Below the pieces are notes generated by a model that worked only from the letters and a program-made list of their open reading frames with translations, did not search any database and was not told the origin of the DNA. A program made the position numbers and the translations under genes. From Auanema rhodensis (Eukaryota > Animalia > Nematoda), in NCBI GenBank assembly GCA_964057225.1, contig OZ059899.1:1550001-1614000 (forward strand): DNA of 64,000 nt, given 5' to 3'. Below, in pieces: positions 26,700-40,013 of this stretch (positions are counted from its first letter, which is position 1; each line of letters opens with the position of its first letter).

Positions 26700-29600
26700 T
26701 AGTTATGATCGTTTGAAAAATGATGCATTAGTGTATGTTGAGTTTCCATGTACACTCAACATTGCTTCCAAAAACATTTTGACAAAAATTTTTTCGAAAA
26801 ATTTCAAAATAATTTAGCAAAAAGTAGATGTTTTTAGATTCCTTTATTCAAGGCAAAGACGATGGACAATGTTATTCAACGAAAAAATTAATTCTTCAGG
26901 GTGAAAATCGAGGATATAAGTGTGAACTTATATCAGTTGATATCTCGGTGCATTTTTAAGCTAGCGCAAATCTAATAACACAGATCGACGCAGCTTAAAA
27001 TTCCGCATCGAATGCACTAAACTACATTGAGAAACGCTTGATACAAAAATTAGTTATTATCGTTTGAAAAATGATGCATTAGTGTATGTTGAGTTTCCAT
27101 GTACACTCAACATTGCTTCCAAAAACATTTTGACAAAAATTTTTTCGAAAAATTTCAAAATAATTTAGCAAAAAGTAGATGTTTTTAGATTCCTTTATTC
27201 AAGGCAAAGACGATGGACAATGTTATTCAACGAAAAAATTAATTCTTCAGGGTGAAAATCGAGGATATAAGTGTGAACTTATATCAGTTGATATCTCGGT
27301 GCATTTTTAAGCTAGCGCAAATCTAATAACACAGATCGACGCAGCTTAAAATTCCGCATCGAATGCACTAAACTACATTGAGAAACGCTTGATACAAAAA
27401 TTAGTTATGATCGTTTGAAAAATGATGCATTAGTGTATGTTGAGTTTCCATGTACACTCAACATTGCTTCCAAAAACATTTTGACAAAAATTTTTTCGAA
27501 AAATTTCAAAATAATTTAGCAAAAAGTAGATGTTTTTAGATTCCATTTTTCAAGGCAAAGACGATGGACAATTTTATTCAACGAAAAAATTATTCCTTCA
27601 GGGTGAAAATCGAGGATATAAGTGTGAACTTATATCAGTTGATATCTCGGTGCATTTTTAAGCTAGCGCAAATCTGATAACACAGATCGACGCAGCTTAA
27701 AAATCCGCATCGAATGCACTAAACTACATTGAGAAACGCTTGATACAAAAATTAGTTATGATCGTTTGAAAAATGATGCATTAGTGTATGTTGAGTTTCC
27801 ATGTACACTCAACATTGCTTCCAAAAACATTTTGACAAAAATTTTTTCGAAAAATTTCAGAATAATTTAGCAAAAAGTAGATGTTTTTAGATTCCATTTT
27901 TCAAGGCAAAGACGATGGACAATGTTATTCAACGAAAAAATTATTCCTTCAGGGTGAAAATCGAGGATATAAGTGTGAACTTATATCAGTTGATATCTCG
28001 GTGCATTTTTAAGCTAGCGCAAATCTGATAACACAGATCGACGCAGCTTAAAAATCCGCATCGAATACACTAAACTACATTGAGAAACGCTTGATACAAA
28101 AATTAGTTAAGATCGTTTGAAAAATGATGCATTAGTGTATGTTGAGTTTCCATGTACACTCAACATTGCTTCCAAAAACATTTTGACAAAAATTTTTTCG
28201 AAAAATTTCAGAATAATTTAGCAAAAAGTAGATGTTTTTAGATTCCATTTTTCAAGGCAAAGACGATGGACAATGTTATTCAACGAAAAAATTAATTCTT
28301 CAGGGTGAAAATCGAGGATATAAGTGTGAACTTATATCAGTTGATATCTCGGTGCATTTTTAAGCTAGCGCAAATCTGATAACACAGATCGACGCAGCTT
28401 AAAAATCCGCATCGAATGCACTATACTACATTGAGAAACGCTTAATACAAAAATTAGTTATGATCGTTTGAAAAATGATGCATTAGTGTATGTTGAGTTT
28501 CCATGTACACTCAACATTGCTTCCAAAAACATTTTGACAAAAATTTTTTCGAAAAATTTCAAAATAATTTAGCAAAAAGTAGATGTTTTTAGATTCCTTT
28601 ATTCAAGGCAAAGACGATGGACAATGTTATTCAACGAAAAAATTAATTCTTCAGGGTGAAAATCGAGGATATAAGTGTGAACTTATATCAGTTGATATCT
28701 CGGTGCATTTTTAAGCTAGCGCAAATCTAATAACACAGATCGACGCAGCTTAAAATTCCGCATCGAATGCACTAAACTACATTGAGAAACGCTTGATACA
28801 AAAATTAGTTATGATCGTTTGAAAAATGATGCATTAGTGTATGTTGAGTTTCCATGTACACTCAACATTGCTTCCAAAAACATTTTGACAAAAATTTTTT
28901 CGAAAAATTTCAAAATAATTTAGCAAAAAGTAGATGTTTTTAGATTCCTTTATTCAAGGCAAAGACGATGGACAATGTTATTCAACGAAAAAATTAATTC
29001 TTCAGGGTGAAAATCGAGGATATAAGTGTGAACTTATATCAGTTGATATCTCGGTGCATTTTTAAGCTAGCGCAAATCTAATAACACAGATCGACGCAGC
29101 TTAAAATTCCGCATCGAATGCACTAAACTACATTGAGAAACGCTTGATACAAAAATTAGTTATGATCGTTTGAAAAATGATGCATTAGTGTATGTTGAGT
29201 TTCCATGTACACTCAACATTGCTTCCAAAAACATTTTGACAAAAATTTTTTCGAAAAATTTCAAAATAATTTAGCAAAAAGTAGATGTTTTTAGAATCCA
29301 TTTTTCAAGGCAAAGACGATGGACAATGTTATTCAACGAAAAAATTATTCCTTCAGGGTGAAAATCGAGGATATAAGTGTGAACTTATATCAGTTGATAT
29401 CTCGGTGCATTTTTAAGCTAGCGCAAATCTGATAACACAGATCGACGCAGCTTAAAAATCCGCATCGAATGCACTAAACTACATTGAGAAACGCTTGATA
29501 CAAAAATTAGTTATGATCGTTTGAAAAATGATGCATTAGTGTATGTTGAGTTTCCATGTACACTCAACATTGCTTCCAAAAACATTTTGACAAAAGTTTT

Positions 29601-30200
29601 TCGAAAAATTTCAGAATAATTTAGCAAAAAGTAGATGTTTTTAGATTCCATTTTTCAAGGCAAAGACGATGGACAATGTTATTCAACGAAAAAATTATTC
29701 CTTCAGGGTGAAAATCGAGGATATAAGTGTGAACTTATATCAGTTGATATCTCGGTGCATTTTTAAGCTAGCGCAAATCTGATAACACAGATCGACGCAG
29801 CTTAAAAATCCGCATCGAATACACTAAACTACATTGAGAAACGCTTGATACAAAAATTAGTTAAGATCGTTTGAAAAATGATGCATTAGTGTATGTTGAG
29901 TTTCCATGTACACTCAACATTGCTTCCAAAAACATTTTGACAAAAATTTTTTCGAAAAATTTCAGAATAATTTAGCAAAAAGTAGATGTTTTTAGATTCC
30001 ATTTTTTAAGGCAAAGACGATGGACAATGTTATTCAACGAAAAAATTAATTCTTCAGGGTGAAAATCGAGGATATAAGTGTGAACTTATATCAGTTGATA
30101 TCTCGGTGCATTTTTAAGCTAGCGCAAATCTGATAACACAGATCGACGCAGCTTAAAAATCCGCATCGAATGCACTATACTACATTGAGAAACGCTTAAT
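26700..30200. repeat. 5-monomer unit duplicated (period 1755/1754 bp)
   Basis: The rare linked variants GAATACAC + GTTAAGATC occur at ~28067 and ~29821 (1754 apart = 5x351-1). Each is preceded by two AAAATTCC monomers. Confidence 0.85.
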
Positions 30201-33200
30201 ACAAAAATTAGTTATGATCGTTTGAAAAATGATGCATTAGTGTATGTTGAGTTTCCATGTACACTCAACATTGCTTCCAAAAACATTTTGACAAAAATTT
30301 TTTCGAAAAATTTCAGAATAATTTAGCAAAAAGTAGATGTTTTTAGATTCCATTTTCCAAGGCAAAGACGATGGACAATGTTATTCAACGAAAAAATTAA
30401 TTCTTCAGGGTGAAAATCGAGGATATAAGTGTGAACTTATATCAGTTGATATCTCGGTGCATTTTTAAGCTAGCGCAAATCTGATAACACAGATCGACGC
30501 AGCTTAAAAATCCGCATCGAATGCATTATACTACATTGAGAAACGCTTAATACAAAAATTAGTTATGATCGTTTGAAAAATGATGCATTAGTGTATGTTG
30601 AGTTTCCATGTACACTCAACATTGCTTCCAAAAACATTTTGACAAAAATTTTTTCGAAAAATTTCAAAATAATTTAGCAAAAAGTAGATGTTTTTAGATT
30701 CCTTTATTCAAGGCAAAGACGATGGACAATGTTATTCAACGAAAAAATTAATTCTTCAGGGTGAAAATCGAGGATATAAGTGTGAACTTATATCAGTTGA
30801 TATCTCGGTGCATTTTTAAGCTAGCGCAAATCTAATAACACAGATCGACGCAGCTTAAAAATCCGCATCGAATGCACTAAACTACATTGAGAAACGCTTG
30901 ATACAAAAATTAGTTATGATCGTTTGAAAAATGATGCATTAGTGTATGTTGAGTTTCCATGTACACTCAACATTGCTTCCAAAAACATTTTCACAAAAAT
31001 TTTTTCGAAAAATTTCAAAATAATTTAGCAAAAAGTAGATGTTTTTAGATTCCATTTTTCAAGGCAAAGACGATGGACAATGTTATTCAACGAAAAAATT
31101 ATTCCTTCAGGGTGAAAATCGAGGATATAAGTGTGAACTTATATCAGTTGATATCTCGGTGCATTTTTAAGCTAGCGCAAATCTGATAACACAGATCGAC
31201 GCAGCTTAAAAATCCGCATCGAATGCACTAAACTACATTGAGAAACGCTTGATACAAAAATTAGTTATGATCGTTTGAAAAATGATGCATTAGTGTATGT
31301 TGAGTTTCCATGTACACTCAACATTGCTTCCAAAAACATTTTGACAAAAATTTTTTCGAAAAATTTCAAAATAATTTAGCAAAAAGTAGATGTTTTTAGA
31401 TTCCTTTATTCAAGGCAAAGACGATGGACAATGTTATTCAACGAAAAAATTAATTCTTCAGGGTGAAAATCGAGGATATAAGTGTGAACTTATATCAGTT
31501 GATATCTCGGTGCATTTTTAAGCTAGCGCAAATCTGATAACACAGATCGACGCAGCTTAAAAATCCGCATCGAATGCACTATACTACATTGAGAAACGCT
31601 TAATACAAAAATTAGTTATGATCCTTTGAAAAATGATGCATTAGTGTATGTTGAGTTTCCATGTACACTCAACAATGCTTCCAAAAACATTTTGACAAAA
31701 ATTTTTTCGAAAAATTTCAAAATAATTTAGCAAAAAGTAGATGTTTTTAGATTCCTTTTTTCAAGGCAAAGACGATGGACAATGTTATTCAACGAAAAAA
31801 TTATTCCTTCAGGGTGAAAATCGAGGTTATAAGTGTGAACTTATATCAGTTGATATCTCGGTGCATTTTTAAGCTAACGCAAATCTGATAACACAGATCG
31901 ACGCAGCTTAAAAATCCGCATCGAATGCACTATACTACATTGAGAAACGCTTAATACAAAAATTAGTTATGATCCTTTGAAAAATGATGCATTAGTGTAT
32001 GTTGAGTTTCCATGTACACTCAACAATGCTTCCAAAAACATTTTGACAAAAATTTTTTCGAAAAATTTCAAAATAATTTAGCAAAAAGTAGATGTTTTTA
32101 GATTCCATTTTTCAAGGCAAAGACGATGGACAATGTTATTCAACGAAAAAATTATTCCTTCAGGGTGAAAATCGAGGATATAAGTGTGAACTTATATCAG
32201 TTGATATCTCGGTGCATTTTTAAGCTAGCGCAAATCTGATAACACAGATCGACGCAGCTTAAAAATCCGCATCGAATGCACTATACTACATTGAGAAACG
32301 CTTAATACAAAAATTAGTTATGATCGTTTGAAAAATGATGCATTAGTGTATGTTGAGTTTCCATGTACACTCAACATTGCTTCCAAAAACATTTTGACAA
32401 AAATTTTTTCGAAAAATTTCAAAATAATTTAGCAAAAAGTAGATGTTTTTAGATTCCTTTATTCAAGGCAAAGACGATGGACAATGTTATTCAACGAAAA
32501 AATTAATTCTTCAGGGTGAAAATCGAGGATATAAGTGTGAACTTATATCAGTTGATATCTCGGTGCATTTTTAAGCTAGCGCAAATCTGATAACACAGAT
32601 CGACGCAGCTTAAAAATCCGCATCGAATGCACTATACTACATTGAGAAACGCTTAATACAAAAATTAGTTATGATCCTTTGAAAAATGATGCATTAGTGT
32701 ATGTTGAGTTTCCATGTACACTCAACAATGCTTCCAAAAACATTTTGACAAAAATTTTTTCGAAAAATTTCAAAATAATTTAGCAAAAAGTAGATGTTTT
32801 TAGATTCCTTTTTTCAAGGCAAAGACGATGGACAATGTTATTCAACGAAAAAATTATTCCTTCAGGGTGAAAATCGAGGATATAAGTGTGAACTTATATC
32901 AGTTGATATCTCGGTGCATTTTTAAGCTAACGCAAATCTGATAACACAGATCGACGCAGCTTAAAAATCCGCATCGAATGCACTATACTACATTGAGAAA
33001 CGCTTAATACAAAAATTAGTTATGATCCTTTGAAAAATGATGCATTAGTGTATGTTGAGTTTCCATGTACACTCAACAATGCTTCCAAAAACATTTTGAC
33101 AAAAATTTTTTCGAAAAATTTCAAAATAATTTAGCAAAAAGTAGATGTTTTTAGATTCCATTTTTCAAGGCAAAGACGATGGACAATGTTATTCAACGAA

Positions 33201-36200
33201 AAAATTATTCCTTCAGGGTGAAAATCGAGGATATAAGTGTGAACTTATATCAGTTGATATCTCGGTGCATTTTTAAGCTAGCGCAAATCTGATAACACAG
33301 ATCGACGCAGCTTAAAAATCCGCATCGAATGCATTATACTACATTGAGAAACGCTTAATACAAAAATTAGTTATGATCGTTTGAAAAATGATGCATTAGT
33401 GTATGTTGAGTTTCCATGTACACTCAACATTGCTTCCAAAAACATTTTGACAAAAATTTTTTCGAAAAATTTCAAAATAATTTAGCAAAAAGTAGATGTT
33501 TTTAGATTCCTTTATTCAAGGCAAAGACGATGGACAATGTTATTCAACGAAAAAATTATTCCTTCAGGGTGAAAATCGAGGATATAAGTGTGAACTTATA
33601 TCAGTTGATATCTCGGTGCATTTTTAAGCTAACGCAAATCTGATAACACAGATCGACGCAGCTTAAAAATCCGCATCGAATGCACTATACTACATTGAGA
33701 AACGCTTAATACAAAAATTAGTTATGATCCTTTGAAAAATGATGCATTAGTGTATGTTGAGTTTCCATGTACACTCAACAATGCTTCCAAAAACATTTTG
33801 ACAAAAATTTTTTCGAAAAATTTCAAAATAATTTAGCAAAAAGTAGATGTTTTTAGATTCCATTTTTCAAGGCAAAGACGATGGACAATGTTATTCAACG
33901 AAAAAATTATTCCTTCAGGGTGAAAATCGAGGATATAAGTGTGAACTTATATCAGTTGATATCTCGGTGCATTTTTAAGCTAGCGCAAATCTGATAACAC
34001 AGATCGACGCAGCTTAAAAATCCGCATCGAATGCACTAAACTACATTGAGAAACGCTTGATACAAAAATTAGTTATGATCGTTTGAAAAATGATGCATTA
34101 GTGTATGTTGAGTTTCCATGTACACTCAACAATGCTTCCAAAAACATTTTGACAAAAATTTTTTCGAAAAATTTCAAAATAATTTAGCAAAAAGTAGATG
34201 TTTTTAGATTCCATTTTTCAAGGCAAAGACGATGGACAATGTTATTCAACGAAAAAATTAATTCTTCAGGGTGAAAATCGAGGATATAAGTGTGAACTTA
34301 TATCAGTTGATATCTCGGTGCATTTTTAAGCTAGCGCAAATCTGATAACACAGATCGACGCAGCTTAAAAATCCGCATCGAATGCATTATACTACATTAA
34401 GAAACGCTTAATACAAAAATTAGTTATGATCGTTTGAAAAATGATGCATTAGTGTATGTTGAGTTTCCATGTACACTCAACATTGCTTCCAAAAACATTT
34501 TGACAAAAATTTTTTCGAAAAATTTCAAAATAATTTAGCAAAAAGTAGATGTTTTTAGATTCCTTTTTTCAAGGCAAAGACGATGGACAATGTTATTCAA
34601 CGAAAAAATTATTCCTTCAGGGTGAAAATCGAGGATATAAGTGTGAACTTATATCAGTTGATATCTCGGTGCATTTTTAAGCTAGCGCAAATCTGATAAC
34701 ACAGATCGACGCAGCTTAAAAATCCGCATCGAATGCACTATACTACATTGAGAAACGCTTAATACAAAAATTAGTTATGATCCTTTGAAAAATGATGCAT
34801 TAGTGTATGTTGAGTTTCCATGTACACTCAACAATGCTTCCAAAAACATTTTGACAAAAATTTTTTCGAAAAATTTCAAAATAATTTAGCAAAAAGTAGA
34901 TGTTTTTAGATTCCTTTTTTCAAGGCAAAGACGATGGACAATGTTATTCAACGAAAAAATTATTCCTTCAGGGTGAAAATCGAGGATATAAGTGTGAACT
35001 TATATCAGTTGATATCTCGGTGCATTTTCAAGCTAACGCAAATCTGATAACACAGATCGACGCAGCTTAAAAATCCGCATCGAATGCACTATACTACATT
35101 GAGAAACGCTTAATACAAAAATTAGTTATGATCCTTTGAAAAATGATGCATTAGTGTATGTTGAGTTTCCATGTACACTCAACAATGCTTCCAAAAACAT
35201 TTTGACAAAAATTTTTTCGAAAAATTTCAAAATAATTTAGCAAAAAGTAGATGTTTTTAGATTCCATTTTTCAAGGCAAAGACGATGGACAATGTTATTC
35301 AACGAAAAAATTATTCCTTCAGGGTGAAAATCGAGGATATAAGTGTGAACTTATATCAGTTGATATCTCGGTGCATTTTTAAGCTAGCGCAAATCTGATA
35401 ACACAGATCGACGCAGCTTAAAAATCCGCATCGAATGCACTATACTACATTGAGAAACGCTTGATACAAAAATTAGTTATGATCGTTTGAAAAATGATGC
35501 ATTAGTGTATGTTGAGTTTCCATGTACACTCAACATTGCTTCCAAAAACATTTTGACAAAAATTTTTTCGAAAAATTTCAGAATAATTTAGCAAAAAGTA
35601 GATGTTTTTAGATTCCATTTTTCAAGGCAAAGACGATGGACAATGTTATTCAACGAAAAAATTAATTCTTCAGGGTGAAAATCGAGGATATAAGTGTGAA
35701 CTTATATCAGTTGATATCTCGGTGCATTTTTAAGCTAGCGCAAATCTGATAACACAGATCGACGCAGCTTAAAAATCCGCATCGAATGCACTATACTACA
35801 TTGAGAAACGCTTAATACAAAAATTAGTTATGATCCTTTGAAAAATGATGCATTAGTGTATGTTGAGTTTCCATGTACACTCAACAATGCTTCCAAAAAC
35901 ATTTTGACAAAAATTTTTTCGAAAAATTTCAAAATAATTTAGCAAAAAGTAGATGTTTTTAGATTCCTTTTTTCAAGGCAAAGACGATGGACAATGTTAT
36001 TCAACGAAAAAATTATTCCTTCAGGGTGAAAATCGAGGATATAAGTGTGAACTTATATCAGTTGATATCTCGGTGCATTTTTAAGCTAGCGCAAATCTGA
36101 TAACACAGATCGACGCAGCTTAAAAATCCGCATCGAATGCACTATACTACATTGAGAAACGCTTAATACAAAAATTAGTTATGATCCTTTGAAAAATGAT

Positions 36201-39200
36201 GCATTAGTGTATGTTGAGTTTCCATGTACACTCAACAATGCTTCCAAAAACATTTTGACAAAAATTTTTTCGAAAAATTTCAAAATAATTTAGCAAAAAG
36301 TAGATGTTTTTAGATTCCATTTTTCAAGGCAAAGACGATGGACAATGTTATTCAACGAAAAAATTATTCCTTCAGGGTGAAAATCGAGGATATAAGTGTG
36401 AACTTATATCAGTTGATATCTCGGTGCATTTTTAAGCTAGCGCAAATCTGATAACACAGATCGACGCAGCTTAAAAATCCGCATCGAATGCACTAAACTA
36501 CATTGAGAAACGCTTGATACAAAAATTAGTTATGATCGTTTGAAAAATGATGCATTAGTGTATGTTGAGTTTCCATGTACACTCAACATTGCTTCCAAAA
36601 ACATTTTGACAAAAATTTTTTCGAAAAATTTCAGAATAATTTAGCAAAAAGTAGATGTTTTTAGATTCCATTTTTCAAGGCAAAGACGATGGACAATGTT
36701 ATTCAACGAAAAAATTAATTCTTCAGGGTGAAAATCGAGGATATAAGTGTGAACTTATATCAGTTGATATCTCGGTGCATTTTTAAGCTAGCGCAAATCT
36801 GATAACACAGATCGACGCAGCTTAAAAATCTGCATCGAATGCACTATACTACATTGAGAAACGCTTAATACAAAAATTAGTTATGATCCTTTGAAAAATG
36901 ATGCATTAGTGTATGTTGAGTTTCCATGTACACTCAACAATGCTTCCAAAAACATTTTGACAAAAATTTTTTCGAAAAATTTCAAAATAATTTAGCAAAA
37001 AGTAGATGTTTTTAGATTCCTTTTTTCAAGGCAAAGACGATGGACAATGTTATTCAACGAAAAAATTATTCCTTCAGGGTGAAAATCGAGGATATAAGTG
37101 TGAACTTATATCAGTTGATATCTCGGTGCATTTTTAAGCTAACGCAAATCTGATAACACAGATCGACGCAGCTTAAAAATCCGCATCGAATGCACTATAC
37201 TACATTGAGAAACGCTTAATACAAAAATTAGTTATGATCCTTTGAAAAATGATGCATTAGTGTATGTTGAGTTTCCATGTACACTCAACAATGCTTCCAA
37301 AAACATTTTGACAAAAATTTTTTCGAAAAATTTCAAAATAATTTAGCGAAAAGTAGATGTTTTTAGATTCCATTTTTCAAGGCAAAGACGATGGACAATG
37401 TTATTCAACGAAAAAATTATTCCTTCAGGGTGAAAATCGAGGATATAAGTGTGAACTTATATCAGTTGATATCTCGGTGCATTTTTAAGCTAGCGCAAAT
37501 CTGATAACACAGATCGACGCAGCTTAAAAATCCGCATCGAATGCATTATACTACATTGAGAAACGCTTAATACAAAAATTAGTTATGATCGTTTGAAAAA
37601 TGATGCATTAGTGTATGTTGAGTTTCCATGTACACTCAACATTGCTTCCAAAAACATTTTGACAAAAATTTTTTCGAAAAATTTCAAAATAATTTAGCAA
37701 AAAGTAGATGTTTTTAGATTCCTTTATTCAAGGCAAAGACGATGGACAATGTTATTCAACGAAAAAATTATTCCTTCAGGGTGAAAATCGAGGATATAAG
37801 TGTGAACTTATATCAGTTGATATCTCGGTGCATTTTTAAGCTAACGCAAATCTGATAACACAGATCGACGCAGCTTAAAAATCCGCATCGAATGCACTAT
37901 ACTACATTGAGAAACGCTTAATACAAAAATTAGTTATGATCCTTTGAAAAATGATGCATTAGTGTATGTTGAGTTTCCATGTACACTCAACAATGCTTCC
38001 AAAAACATTTTGACAAAAATTTTTTCGAAAAATTTCAAAATAATTTAGCAAAAAGTAGATGTTTTTAGATTCCATTTTTCAAGGCAAAGACGATGGACAA
38101 TGTTATTCAACGAAAAAATTATTCCTTCAGGGTGAAAATCGAGGATATAAGTGTGAACTTATATCAGTTGATATCTCGGTGCATTTTTAAGCTAGCGCAA
38201 ATCTGATAACACAGATCGACGCAGCTTAAAAATCCGCATCGAATGCACTAAACTACATTGAGAAACGCTTGATACAAAAATTAGTTATGATCGTTTGAAA
38301 AATGATGCATTAGTGTATGTTGAGTTTCCATGTACACTCAACAATGCTTCCAAAAACATTTTGACAAAAATTTTTTCGAAAAATTTCAAAATAATTTAGC
38401 AAAAAGTAGATGTTTTTAGATTCCATTTTTCAAGGCAAAGACGATGGACAATGTTATTCAACGAAAAAATTAATTCTTCAGGGTGAAAATCGAGGATATA
38501 AGTGTGAACTTATATCAGTTGATATCTCGGTGCATTTTTAAGCTAGCGCAAATCTGATAACACAGATCGACGCAGCTTAAAAATCCGCATCGAATGCATT
38601 ATACTACATTAAGAAACGCTTAATACAAAAATTAGTTATGATCGTTTGAAAAATGATGCATTAGTGTATGTTGAGTTTCCATGTACACTCAACATTGCTT
38701 CCAAAAACATTTTGACAAAAATTTTTTCGAAAAATTTCAAAATAATTTAGCAAAAAGTAGATGTTTTTAGATTCCTTTTTTCAAGGCAAAGACGATGGAC
38801 AATGTTATTCAACGAAAAAATTATTCCTTCAGGGTGAAAATCGAGGATATAAGTGTGAACTTATATCAGTTGATATCTCGGTGCATTTTTAAGCTAACGC
38901 AAATCTGATAACACAGATCGACGCAGCTTAAAAATCCGCATCGAATGCACTATACTACATTGAGAAACGCTTAATACAAAAATTAGTTATGATCGTTTGA
39001 AAAATGATGCATTAGTGTATGTTGAGTTTCCATGTACACTCAACAATGCTTCCAAAAACATTTTGACAAAAATTTTTTCGAAAAATTTCAAAATAATTTA
39101 GCAAAAAGTAGATGTTTTTAGATTCCTTTTTTTATGGCAAAGACGATGGACAATGTTATTCAACGAAAAAATTATTCCTTCAGGGTGAAAATCGAGGATA

Positions 39201-40013
39201 TAAGTGTGAACTTATATCAGTTGATATCTCGGTGCATTTTTAAGCTAGCGCAAATCTGATAACACAGATCGACGCAGCTTAAAAATCCGCATCGAATGCA
39301 CTAAACTACATTGAGAAACGCTTGATACAAAAATTAATTATGATCGTTTGAAAAATGATGCATTAGTGTATGTTGAGTTTCCATGTACACTCAACATTGC
39401 TTCCAAAAACATTTTGACAAAAATTTTTTCGAAAAATTTCAAAATAATTTAGCAAAAAGTAGATGTTTTTAGATTCCTTTTTTCAAGGCAAAGACGATGG
39501 ACAATGTTATTCAACGAAAAAATTATTCCTTCAGGGTGAAAATCGAGGATATAAGTGTGAACTTATATCAGTTGATATCTCGGTGCATTTTTAAGCTAGC
39601 GCAAATCTGATAACACAGATCGACGCAGCTTAAAAATCCGCATCGAATGCACTATACTACATTAAGAAACGCTTAATACAAAAATTAGTTATGATCGTTT
39701 GAAAAATGATGCATTAGTGTATGTTGAGTTTCCATGTACACTCAACAATGCTTCCAAAAACATTTTGACAAAAATTTTTTCGAAAAATTTCAAAATAATT
39801 TAGCAAAAAGTAGATGTTTTTAGATTCCTTTTTTCATGGCAAAGACGATGGACAATGTTATTCAACGAAAAAATTATTCCTTCAGGGTGAAAATCGAGGA
39901 TATAAGTGTGAACTTATATCAGTTGATATCTCGGTGCATTTTTAAGCTAGCGCAAATCTGATAACACAGATCGACGCAGCTTAAAAATCCGCATCGAATG
40001 CACTATACTACAT

